Below are positions 17,997-25,714 of a stretch of 31,795 bases of DNA, in pieces. The stretch's first letter is position 1. Every line of letters starts with the position of its first letter. The position numbers and the translations under genes are program-made. Origin of the DNA: an uncultured Zetaproteobacteria bacterium (GTDB taxonomy: Bacteria; Pseudomonadota; Zetaproteobacteria; Mariprofundales; Mariprofundaceae); contig CAZHOU010000001.1 in NCBI GenBank assembly GCA_964534165.1, positions 1-31,795 of the forward strand, given 5' to 3'. A model generated the notes under the pieces. That model did not search any database. It worked only from the letters and a program-made list of their open reading frames with translations, and was not told the DNA's origin.

Positions 17997-18524
17997 ATGG
18001 GAAAGATTGCCTCTCTGTTCATCTTGATGCTGACACTCTCCTCGTGCAGTGCTCCAAGCAACACCGCAATCGATCGAGGAGACATGATGCCGGCCATGAA
18101 GTTGCACGATCTGAACGACCACATCGTTTACAGCCGTGAGCGATTCAGTGGCAAGGTGATCGTTTTCAACGTATGGGCCACATGGTGCCCCCCCTGCCGC
18201 AAGGAAATGCCCGATCTGCAGCGATTGAGTACGATCCTGCCACGGGATCGTTACAGCGTCGTGGCCCTGTCGGTGGACCGGAATCTCGCCGATGTCAAAA
18301 CCTTCGTGCATGAACACGGGCTCCGCTTCCCGGTCTTCTGGGACCAGGGTGGCGCGTCCATCGCAACTCCAAAACTTGGCGTCTTCAAATATCCCGAAAC
18401 CTTCATCGTCAATCGCGAGGGCCGGGTGGTCGTCAAGGTCATCGGAGCCTATCCATGGGCAAGCGATGATACCGTGAAAGCGCTCAAATACATCGCCAAA
18501 TTCGGGAAGCTCCCCCGGGGTTAG
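17997..18524 (+). CDS. TlpA-family thiol-disulfide oxidoreductase lipoprotein
   Basis: LSSC lipobox, NVWATWCPPC, YPETFIVNREG. Confidence 0.9.
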   Translation: MGKIASLFILMLTLSSCSAPSNTAIDRGDMMPAMKLHDLNDHIVYSRERFSGKVIVFNVWATWCPPCRKEMPDLQRLSTILPRDRYSVVALSVDRNLADVKTFVHEHGLRFPVFWDQGGASIATPKLGVFKYPETFIVNREGRVVVKVIGAYPWASDDTVKALKYIAKFGKLPRG

Positions 18525-18526
18525 CT

Positions 18527-19981
18527 GTGCGTGCGCCGCTTGCATGGAAGATCGGCTGCTGGCTCGGCGTAGTGTTCGCACTGGTCGTCTATGTCGGCTG
18601 GCACATGGTGATGGATTTCAATGCTCTTCACCGCGAGGCGCGATTCATCGAAACCGTCAATCATGAAAGCCATTACCTGCATGAGCTGGAGATGGCGCTT
18701 GTCCATACCATCGCTCCGGTGAGATCGTATCTGATCAGTGGCGACTGGCGCCTGCCGGACGCGTTCGCAAGGAAAAGCGCCCACATGCGCCATTTGCTGC
18801 ACGCCTCCGTCTCCGGCCGTGTACGTGATCTCCATCTCGAACGTTCCCTGGCAGAAATCACCGTCCGGGCCAAGCATATCTTCTCGTTGCCGTTTCCCGT
18901 CGGCAACCTGGAGGGCCCGATTCTCATGCGCGAGATCGACGATATCGTCAACCACGTATCGCAGCGACTGTCGGCAAGGCACGACGAGCTGCACCAGGGA
19001 GTGGTAATGTCGATGCGCAAGGTTGGTGTCATGCGCAAGGACATGCGGACGGACTTCCAGCTTTCCATCCTTCTTCTTTTCTTCATTCTGACCGGCATGA
19101 CCATGTGGCTCTACATGCACATGGTCCGCCCGCTCGTGCACCTGCAACGTGAGCTGAAAAAAGTGGGTCGGGGAGAATTCGACATCCATTGCCCCAGACT
19201 GCCGATGGATGAACTGGGAGAACTGGCACAGGCCTGCAATTTGATGGGTGAAGCGCTGCAGACACGGGAGGCCATGTTGAACCATGCACGCAACATGGCC
19301 GCCCATCACGAGAAAATGCGGGCACTGGGACTGATGGCCGCCGGCATCGCCCATGAAGTGGGGAACCCGCTGTCGGCCACTTCGGTTTCCCTCGAAACCG
19401 CCTTGCGCGGCCTGGAGCGGAAGAATTACGAAAAATGCAGAGAGGGGGTGTTGACGGCCCTGGAGGAATTGAAACGTATGGAGAGCATCATCCGCAACAT
19501 CCTCGATTACGGCGCCGTCAACAATGAAACCTCCTTGACCCGCATTGATGCCGTACCGGTGGCTCGGAGCGCCTTCTCCCTGGCGCGCATGTCACCGCAA
19601 CGACGGCAAGTGGATCTCAAATTTGAAATCGAATCCTCAAGCCTGTTCGCCCGTGGCAATGCCTCCATCCTGCGACAGGTCCTGGTCAATCTTCTCCTCA
19701 ACGCCATGGATGCCTGCAGCGAAGAAGGATGCGTCTCGCTCAAGGCCACGCGTCTGGACGGCGGTATCGCTCTGGATGTTTCCGACAACGGCCCCGGTGT
19801 ACCGGAACATATGCGGGAGGAAATTTTCACACCGTTGTTCACCACCAAATGCAGCGGTTCCGGTTCAGGGGTCGGCCTGGCCATCAGCCGCGAGCTGATG
19901 CAACGTATGCACGGAAAACTTGAACTCGTGCACAGCGACGGCCGCGGCAGCCGATTCCGTGCCTGGCTGCCTGCGGGATAA
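18527..19981 (+). CDS. Sensor histidine kinase (2 TM, periplasmic sensor, HAMP, HisKA, HATPase)
   Basis: H-box AHEVGNPL, N-box LLLNAMDA, DNGPGV, FTPLFTTK, GSGVGL; HAMP DELGELA. Confidence 0.92.
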   Translation: MRAPLAWKIGCWLGVVFALVVYVGWHMVMDFNALHREARFIETVNHESHYLHELEMALVHTIAPVRSYLISGDWRLPDAFARKSAHMRHLLHASVSGRVRDLHLERSLAEITVRAKHIFSLPFPVGNLEGPILMREIDDIVNHVSQRLSARHDELHQGVVMSMRKVGVMRKDMRTDFQLSILLLFFILTGMTMWLYMHMVRPLVHLQRELKKVGRGEFDIHCPRLPMDELGELAQACNLMGEALQTREAMLNHARNMAAHHEKMRALGLMAAGIAHEVGNPLSATSVSLETALRGLERKNYEKCREGVLTALEELKRMESIIRNILDYGAVNNETSLTRIDAVPVARSAFSLARMSPQRRQVDLKFEIESSSLFARGNASILRQVLVNLLLNAMDACSEEGCVSLKATRLDGGIALDVSDNGPGVPEHMREEIFTPLFTTKCSGSGSGVGLAISRELMQRMHGKLELVHSDGRGSRFRAWLPAG

Positions 19982-19992
19982 AGGCGGATCGC

Positions 19993-21300
19993 ATGCGTAT
20001 ACTGATCGTCGAAGACGAACGACATATCCGACAAGGCGTCATGAACGTACTCAACGAGGAAGGTTTCGATACCCTGGAAGCCGGCAACCTGCGGAAAGCG
20101 CTCGACATCCTTCGGGCGGGGGATGTGGACGCGATCCTGAGCGATATAAGGCTCCCTGACGGCGACGGTTTCGATCTTTTGCATGCCCTGAAGGCCAGGA
20201 ACGATCCCGTTCCATGCATTCTGATGACCGCCTTCGGCAATCGGGATATCGCCAACCAGGCCCTGAAGGAAGGCGCCTACGACTATATTTCGAAGCCCAT
20301 TCGCTTCGATGAATTGCTGGCGCGGCTGTTTTGCTTGCAAGAAAGGATCGAGCTGGAAAGGCGGCTGCAAAGCATGGCCGCCGCCCTCAAGGATGAAGGC
20401 AAACTCGCTTCGATGGGGAATTCCGCAGCCATGCGACAGGTTCGTTTCCTGGCCGAAAAGGCCGCGGCGGCCCGCTCGCCGGTGCTCATCCGTGGAGAAA
20501 GGGGAGTGGGCAAGCGAAGACTGGCTCACCTGATCCACATGACGAGCGAACGGGCGGCCGAACCGTTTGTGCAGTTGAGCTGCGCCTCCATTCCGGAGGA
20601 ATTGATGGAGCGGGAGCTGTTCGGCTATCGCCGCGGCGCCTTTCCGGGCGCGGACCGCGGATACGAGGGTATCTTGTCCAAGGCCGGGCGCGGCACATTG
20701 TTCTTGGATGAGGTCAGCGAGCTTCCGCGCATCATCCAGGCGGCGTTGTTGCGCGTACTGGACGACGGCTGCTTCCAGCCCTTGGGGGAGACCCGCAGGC
20801 AACCCTTTCAGGCCCGCATTATCACCGCCACCGACAAGGATCTGAGAAACGAGACCCTGCATGGGCGCTTTCGTGAGGACCTGTTTTTCTGCCTCGATGT
20901 GCTGCATATCGATATCCCGCCTCTGCGGGAGCGCCGGGAGGACATCGTGCCGCTGGCGGTGTCTATCCTGGAAAAGCTGGCCGCGGACCGGTCGATCCGG
21001 ATTGCACCCCTGGACGCCCGCCAATGCCTGTGGCTCAAATCGCAGGAATGGCCCGGCAATGTGCGGGAGTTGAGAAACACCCTGGAACGAGCATTGCTCC
21101 TGGCCCGGGACGGCAGGCTGGATCTGCCGCCTCGGAGAATGGTCGAAGGAAGAACGGGAGCGACACTCGCCGAGGCCACGGCGAATTTTGAGCGCAGCCT
21201 GATTCTGCAAACGATCGAGGCCTGCGACGGTGACAAGGAGGAGGCCAGCCGTCGTCTGGGTATCGGCTTGTCCACCCTGTATCGCAAATTGGGAACCTGA
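19993..21300 (+). CDS. NtrC-family response regulator (REC-AAA+-Fis HTH) with degenerate sigma-54 interaction motifs
   Basis: REC with VED, SDIRLPD, SKP; Walker A GERGVGK, GAFPGA, Walker B FLDEV, WPGNVREL; HTH LGIGLSTLYRKL. Confidence 0.9.
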   Translation: MRILIVEDERHIRQGVMNVLNEEGFDTLEAGNLRKALDILRAGDVDAILSDIRLPDGDGFDLLHALKARNDPVPCILMTAFGNRDIANQALKEGAYDYISKPIRFDELLARLFCLQERIELERRLQSMAAALKDEGKLASMGNSAAMRQVRFLAEKAAAARSPVLIRGERGVGKRRLAHLIHMTSERAAEPFVQLSCASIPEELMERELFGYRRGAFPGADRGYEGILSKAGRGTLFLDEVSELPRIIQAALLRVLDDGCFQPLGETRRQPFQARIITATDKDLRNETLHGRFREDLFFCLDVLHIDIPPLRERREDIVPLAVSILEKLAADRSIRIAPLDARQCLWLKSQEWPGNVRELRNTLERALLLARDGRLDLPPRRMVEGRTGATLAEATANFERSLILQTIEACDGDKEEASRRLGIGLSTLYRKLGT

Positions 21301-21349
21301 ATCCCATAATCGGGATTCCCGACCCCGGTATATTTCCCAAATATGGGAA
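21301..21349. promoter_or_regulatory. Tandem palindromic operator-like sites upstream of cyc2
   Basis: ATCCC-N6-GGGAT (21301-21316) and perfect TTCCCA-N4-TGGGAA (21334-21349), starts 33 bp apart. Confidence 0.55.
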
Positions 21350-21390
21350 TAAAGGCCCTTGCACACAAAATCCTTGGAAATCCATCCATC

Positions 21391-21419
21391 TTGTATCTAC
21401 TTGATTAGATTATCATATT
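21391..21419 (+). promoter_or_regulatory. Candidate sigma-70 promoter for cyc2
   Basis: TTGTAT-N17-CATATT, 4/6 match at each hexamer, in an AT-rich patch. Confidence 0.3.
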
Positions 21420-21518
21420 CCACATGTTCACCCACACCGCGGGTGACTGTTGCATATTGCTACATGCCTCGCCATCGACGTTGATCACCCGTCGCTGCGG
21501 CTTCATCGTTTCTTCCAT

Positions 21519-21636
21519 TCTTCCCGGGAGAGGAGGCTTTCCTGCCCGTCTTTCGCCTCGGTCGCGGAAGGAAGCGGGCAGGTCGAAGGAGAGCATCGCT
21601 TGAAAGCGGGAAGACCCATCAAGGCTCCACGGAGCC
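21519..21636 (+). ncRNA. Candidate structured 5' leader of cyc2 (unassigned)
   Basis: Helices 21519-21525/21608-21614, 21541-21556/21564-21582, 21597-21600/21605-21608 and 21623-21627/21632-21636, found by eye. Confidence 0.35.
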
Positions 21637-21665
21637 GAATCAAGAACCTTGGAGGTTAAACACTC

Positions 21666-22940
21666 ATGAGAAAAATTCTGCTTACAACCGCAGCCCTGGC
21701 GCTGGTCCTGGTTTCCGGCGTTGCGCTGTCGCCCAACAAGGCTGAGGCTTTTCCGGCCTTCGCACGCCAGACCGGGGCCGCCTGCCTGAGCTGCCACTTC
21801 CAGACCTTCCCGGCGCTGACCGCCTTCGGACGCGCCTTCATGATGGGCTCGTTCACCGATGTCGGCGATCAGGCCTTGGTCGAGGACGACAACCTCTCCA
21901 TCCCGTCCGTGCTCAACGCCTCGTTCGAGGTGCGTGCCAACGCCACCCATACCAGCAGCTCCGGCGCCGCACCGTCGGATACCACATATTCCATTCCCGC
22001 CGACGAGACACGTTTGTTCGTGGCCGGACGCATCGGAGCGCATACCGGTGCCGTGATCGTGTTCACGGGCGGCAGTGATGCCATGAACATGAAACCAACC
22101 CCCGTCTGGATGCTCTTGAATTCCTGGGATGTGGGCGGCTTCAAACTCGGCCTCGGTGCCCACAAGAGTCCCTGGGGCGGCTCCAACGTGATGGAGGTGT
22201 CGAACGTCTTCGGTCACCGCGGCGACAAACTCGGCGGCCAAGACATCTCCGCCATCTCCAACTCCGGCTTCACCAAGATGACCACCGGTATCGGTACTTG
22301 GGTCGGCAACGATCTCGGCTACCTTCAGTTCTCACTCGTGGCCCCTGCCAACAAGACCCTGGGTGGAACGAACATCGGCCTGAATTTCGGCAAGCTGGTG
22401 CGTGGCGTGGCGACGCTTGATATCGGCGGCTGGGATACCCTGGTCGGCTTCGGCATCGTCACCGGCACCGCCGGCAAGAACAACGCCGGTGCCAGCGGTT
22501 CCACCGGAGCCCGGGTGCCGATGAAGCTGCAATTCGTGGATGCCCAGATGCAGGGCGAGGTCGGCGACATGAGTGTCGGCGTCTACGGCGACTACGCTCA
22601 TGCCAAGGGCAGGACTTCCGCGGCCGGTACGGCCAACTTCTACGGTTCCAATCTCGGAACAAACACCAACGGCAGCAAATTCGACGCCTTCTCGATCCGC
22701 GCCGAAATCGAGCCGATCAACCGCTTCCTGTTCGGTGTCGGCTACGGCTATCAGAAGTTCACGCAACTGGGTAAGAACGATATCACCCAGAAGACCGTGC
22801 ATCTTGCCGCCACCTACAAGGTGTACCAGAACTTCGACATCAACGTGCGCTTCGACAACGAGAAGCTCAGTGACGGGGTAACGCCGAGCAATTCCGTGAC
22901 GACTCGCACGACCGTCTTTGAGGTCGACGCTCTGATGTAA
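21666..22940 (+). CDS. cyc2: Cyc2 outer-membrane cytochrome c-porin fusion (putative Fe(II) oxidase)
   Basis: Signal peptide ending KAEA, then FPAFARQTGAACLSCHFQTFPALTAFGRAF (Cyc2 signature with a single CxxCH), followed by an amphipathic beta-strand region; GGAGG SD at 21651. Confidence 0.9.
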   Translation: MRKILLTTAALALVLVSGVALSPNKAEAFPAFARQTGAACLSCHFQTFPALTAFGRAFMMGSFTDVGDQALVEDDNLSIPSVLNASFEVRANATHTSSSGAAPSDTTYSIPADETRLFVAGRIGAHTGAVIVFTGGSDAMNMKPTPVWMLLNSWDVGGFKLGLGAHKSPWGGSNVMEVSNVFGHRGDKLGGQDISAISNSGFTKMTTGIGTWVGNDLGYLQFSLVAPANKTLGGTNIGLNFGKLVRGVATLDIGGWDTLVGFGIVTGTAGKNNAGASGSTGARVPMKLQFVDAQMQGEVGDMSVGVYGDYAHAKGRTSAAGTANFYGSNLGTNTNGSKFDAFSIRAEIEPINRFLFGVGYGYQKFTQLGKNDITQKTVHLAATYKVYQNFDINVRFDNEKLSDGVTPSNSVTTRTTVFEVDALM

Positions 22941-22951
22941 GGATTGGTTAT

Positions 22952-23006
22952 CCTCCGAGTGGGGAGCGGCAAATCCGCTCCCCACCATGGAGGTCCGATT
23001 TTTTTT
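22952..23006 (+). terminator. Intrinsic terminator of cyc2
   Basis: GTGGGGAGCGG-CAAAT-CCGCTCCCCAC perfect 11-bp stem (22959-22985), extended by CCTCC/GGAGG, then T8 at 22999-23006. Confidence 0.85.
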
Positions 23007-23017
23007 GAAATTATATT

Positions 23018-23036
23018 GATAATGATTCTTGTTATT
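23018..23036. promoter_or_regulatory. Fur box
   Basis: GATAATGATTCTTGTTATT matches GATAATGATAATCATTATC at 14/19, first 9 positions exact; an overlapping weaker copy lies on the other strand; AT-rich context just upstream of the next SD. Confidence 0.72.
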
Positions 23037-23061
23037 ATTCTCATAAAGGAGCTGTTTTTCC

Positions 23062-23907
23062 ATGTTGAACAATCATTCACCCATGAAAACCTTCCTGTCT
23101 CTGGGAATCGCCATCCTCCTTCCCGTCACGGCCTACGCAGCCAACGGTGCCAATTTCGTTCTCTACAACCATCACATGGCCGAAGTGGGCGAAAAAGAGC
23201 TGATGCTGATGAACGATATCGGCCAATTGCCGGATGGAACCCGATACACAGCCCAGATGCTCGAATTCGAACTGGGGATCACGGCGCAATGGACCACGGA
23301 GTTCATGATCGAGGGACAGAACACCTCCGGCCAGGGCGGCTACAACTTCACCGGTTTCCGCTGGGAGAACCGCTATCGCGTTTTCGATCGCGAGGTGACT
23401 TTAAACCCGGTTCTGTATCTCGAATACGAAGACCTGAGTTCGGACACCTTGTACCTGATGGAGGTGAGCGGACGCGAAGACGCAACCAGAAGGGTCAAAT
23501 CGAGGCCACGGGAGCGGGTCCTGGAGACGAGACTGATCCTGTCCCAGAACGTGGGCAAGCGACTCAACATCGCCGCCAACTGGCTGAATGAGAGCGATCT
23601 TGATACCGGCGTCACCGCCTTCGGCTACGCAGTCGGCATCAACTTCAGGCTCGACACTCCGGTTCTCCTTCCGGGTAGGGAGGATGAAGACGGGGATGCA
23701 GGCGTCGTGCTCGGACTCGAACTCTTCGGCGGCGCGGGTGACGCAGACAAGGGTCCGACCCTGGACGGGGCCGTCACCCAGCACTACCTGGCGCCGAACC
23801 TGCTGTTGCAGGGACGACATGGCTGGAAACTGAAATTCGGCGGCGCCATCGGGCTGACCAATGTCAGCCAGGACCTCTTCCGCATGGCCGTGGCCTACGA
23901 GTTCTGA
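23062..23907 (+). CDS. Putative outer-membrane beta-barrel protein (DUF6662-like)
   Basis: Signal peptide (AYA|A), alternating beta-strand pattern, NPVLYLEYED, C-terminal YEF (BamA-type terminal Phe). Start 23062 or 23083; family name tentative. Confidence 0.72.
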   Translation: MLNNHSPMKTFLSLGIAILLPVTAYAANGANFVLYNHHMAEVGEKELMLMNDIGQLPDGTRYTAQMLEFELGITAQWTTEFMIEGQNTSGQGGYNFTGFRWENRYRVFDREVTLNPVLYLEYEDLSSDTLYLMEVSGREDATRRVKSRPRERVLETRLILSQNVGKRLNIAANWLNESDLDTGVTAFGYAVGINFRLDTPVLLPGREDEDGDAGVVLGLELFGGAGDADKGPTLDGAVTQHYLAPNLLLQGRHGWKLKFGGAIGLTNVSQDLFRMAVAYEF

Positions 23908-23920
23908 GCCGGCATGCACG

Positions 23921-23974
23921 GGCCTGAACCGCGCCCGCTTGGCGGTTCGGGCCGTTTGCGTCTATGATTTTTTT
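23921..23974 (+). terminator. Probable terminator hairpin
   Basis: 12-bp stem 23921-23932/23942-23953 (one G-U); the T7 run at 23968-23974 is somewhat distant. Confidence 0.45.
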
Positions 23975-24047
23975 ATGCATCCGGACCAGGGAGATGCAAA
24001 CGCGCCTTCTCGAAGCGGAACCAGTGTCACAAAAAACCGGGGGAATC

Positions 24048-25325
24048 ATGAACCAACTCCAACAGAGCACCCGAACACAAGGGCTTGACACGCATCCGGG
24101 CCTGGAGGACACGGCCGCAATCCTGCGTGAACTGCTCGCCGGCTACTGCGGCCCGGTGGCGGTGGAGCTGTGGAACGGAGAGACGGTAATCGGAGATGAG
24201 CCATCTTCCTGCCGCATCGTCTTTCACCGGCCGGAACCGCTGCGTGATCTGATCCTGCACCGGGATCTTCTGCGTCTGGCCGAGGCGTACCTGAGGGAGG
24301 AAGTCGATGTCGAAGGGGACATCGAAGCCGTCTTCGACCTCGCCGATTTCATCCAGACACTGTCTCCACCGTGGCCCAAGCGCTTCCATCTGCTGCGCCA
24401 TGCCCTGCGCCTGCAGGCCGGAATCCATCCCCTCCCCGCACTTGGACTGCTGCGAACGCAGAGACGCAACACCAAGGCCAGCATCGCCTACCACTACGAC
24501 GTCTCCAACGATTTCTACCGCCTGTGGCTGGATCCACAGATGGTGTATTCCTGCGCCTATTTCAAGGATGGGGGCCAGAGCCTCGCCGCGGCACAATGCG
24601 ACAAGCTGGACCGCATCTGCCGCAAACTGTGCCTGGCCCCGGATCAAACCCTGCTCGATATCGGCTGCGGCTGGGGCGCCCTCGTTTGCTGGGCCGCCCG
24701 GAACTACGGTGTGCGTGCCACAGGCATCACCCTGAGCGCCGAGCAGCACACCCTCGCATCCGAGCGCATTGAGCGGGAGGGTCTAAAGGACAGGGTTCGC
24801 GTCGAATTGCGCGATTACCGGGATCTGGCGGAGGAGGAACGCTTCGATCGCATCGTCAGCGTCGGCATGTTCGAACACATCGGCGTCAGAAATTTTCCGC
24901 TCTATTTCGGCAAGATACGGCGCTTGCTCAAACCGGGCGGCCTGTTTCTGAACCACGGCATCACAAACGACACCGGTTGGCGCGACACGCCCCTGACACG
25001 TTTCATCAACCGCTATGTATTCCCGGATGGAGAGCTGGCCCGCATCAGCCATGTCATCACGGCCATGGAGGACACTGGTTTTGAAATCATAGACGTCGAA
25101 GGCATGCGCCGCCACTACGCCCTCACCCTGCGCCGCTGGGTGGAGGCTCTCAGGCGCCAGAAGACGCGGGCTGTCGAGATCGCCGGCGAACGCATCTATC
25201 GCATCTGGCAGCTGTACATGGCCGGCAGCGCCCATTATTTCGATGAGGGCAGCCTCGGCGTCTACCAGGTCCTGGCCGGCTGTGCCCGCAATCCCCTGGC
25301 CACGCCGCTGCGGCGAAAGCTGTAG
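24048..25325 (+). CDS. cfa: Cyclopropane-fatty-acyl-phospholipid synthase family SAM methyltransferase
   Basis: HYDVSNDFY, MVYSCAYF, LDIGCGWG, VSVGMFEHIG, FINRYVFPDG, RIWQLYMAGSA. Start at ATG 24048. Confidence 0.88.
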   Translation: MNQLQQSTRTQGLDTHPGLEDTAAILRELLAGYCGPVAVELWNGETVIGDEPSSCRIVFHRPEPLRDLILHRDLLRLAEAYLREEVDVEGDIEAVFDLADFIQTLSPPWPKRFHLLRHALRLQAGIHPLPALGLLRTQRRNTKASIAYHYDVSNDFYRLWLDPQMVYSCAYFKDGGQSLAAAQCDKLDRICRKLCLAPDQTLLDIGCGWGALVCWAARNYGVRATGITLSAEQHTLASERIEREGLKDRVRVELRDYRDLAEEERFDRIVSVGMFEHIGVRNFPLYFGKIRRLLKPGGLFLNHGITNDTGWRDTPLTRFINRYVFPDGELARISHVITAMEDTGFEIIDVEGMRRHYALTLRRWVEALRRQKTRAVEIAGERIYRIWQLYMAGSAHYFDEGSLGVYQVLAGCARNPLATPLRRKL

Positions 25326-25479
25326 TGTAGCCTCGCCCACTCTTTCCCCTCGATCCCGCTCATGCATTGCAAGAACGAGAAAGTCGGATCAATCCACGAA
25401 AGAGTACCTCCGTGGCCGGGTGTCGTCACCTCCAGACGGACTTGCGGCTCTCAGTGGATCGGCAATCTGGAAGATCGGC

Positions 25480-25686
25480 ATGATTTCCATCAAGGAAATA
25501 CGCCGCAGAGCCCATGAATTGGGCATCCAGGGCGCGGACAAGATGAATCGAACACAACTGTTCCGGGACATCCAAGTCAAGGAGGGGCACACGCCGTGCT
25601 ACAATACCCCTTGGTGCAAGCCTGAATGGAAGGAACATTGTGCCTGGAGGGATGAATGCGACGCGGAAGATTATTTCCCGGATTAA
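25480..25686 (+). CDS. Small Rho-N/SAP-like helical protein with 4-Cys C-terminus
   Basis: IKEIRRRAHELGI...MNRTQLFRDIQVKEGHTPCY pattern, then C-x5-C-x7-C-x5-C. Confidence 0.75.
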   Translation: MISIKEIRRRAHELGIQGADKMNRTQLFRDIQVKEGHTPCYNTPWCKPEWKEHCAWRDECDAEDYFPD

Positions 25687-25714
25687 CGGAGATGAACAAG
25701 CCATCGGCGTGACC

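Noticed and set aside
21400-21420. Fur box upstream of cyc2 (GATTATCAT)
   Set aside because: Only about 11/19 match with the first hexamer absent; much weaker than the 23018 site.
21526-21625. Glycine riboswitch resemblance (GGGAGAG ... CGAAGGAG)
   Set aside because: The conserved CUCUCAGG 3' strand is missing and the gene context does not fit; kept only as an unassigned structured leader.
21350-21665. Sigma-54 promoter for cyc2
   Set aside because: No TGGCAC-N5-TTGC-like element found by eye; the TTGC motifs at 21450-21460 lack a correctly spaced GG. An IHF-like site near 21394-21406 alone is insufficient.
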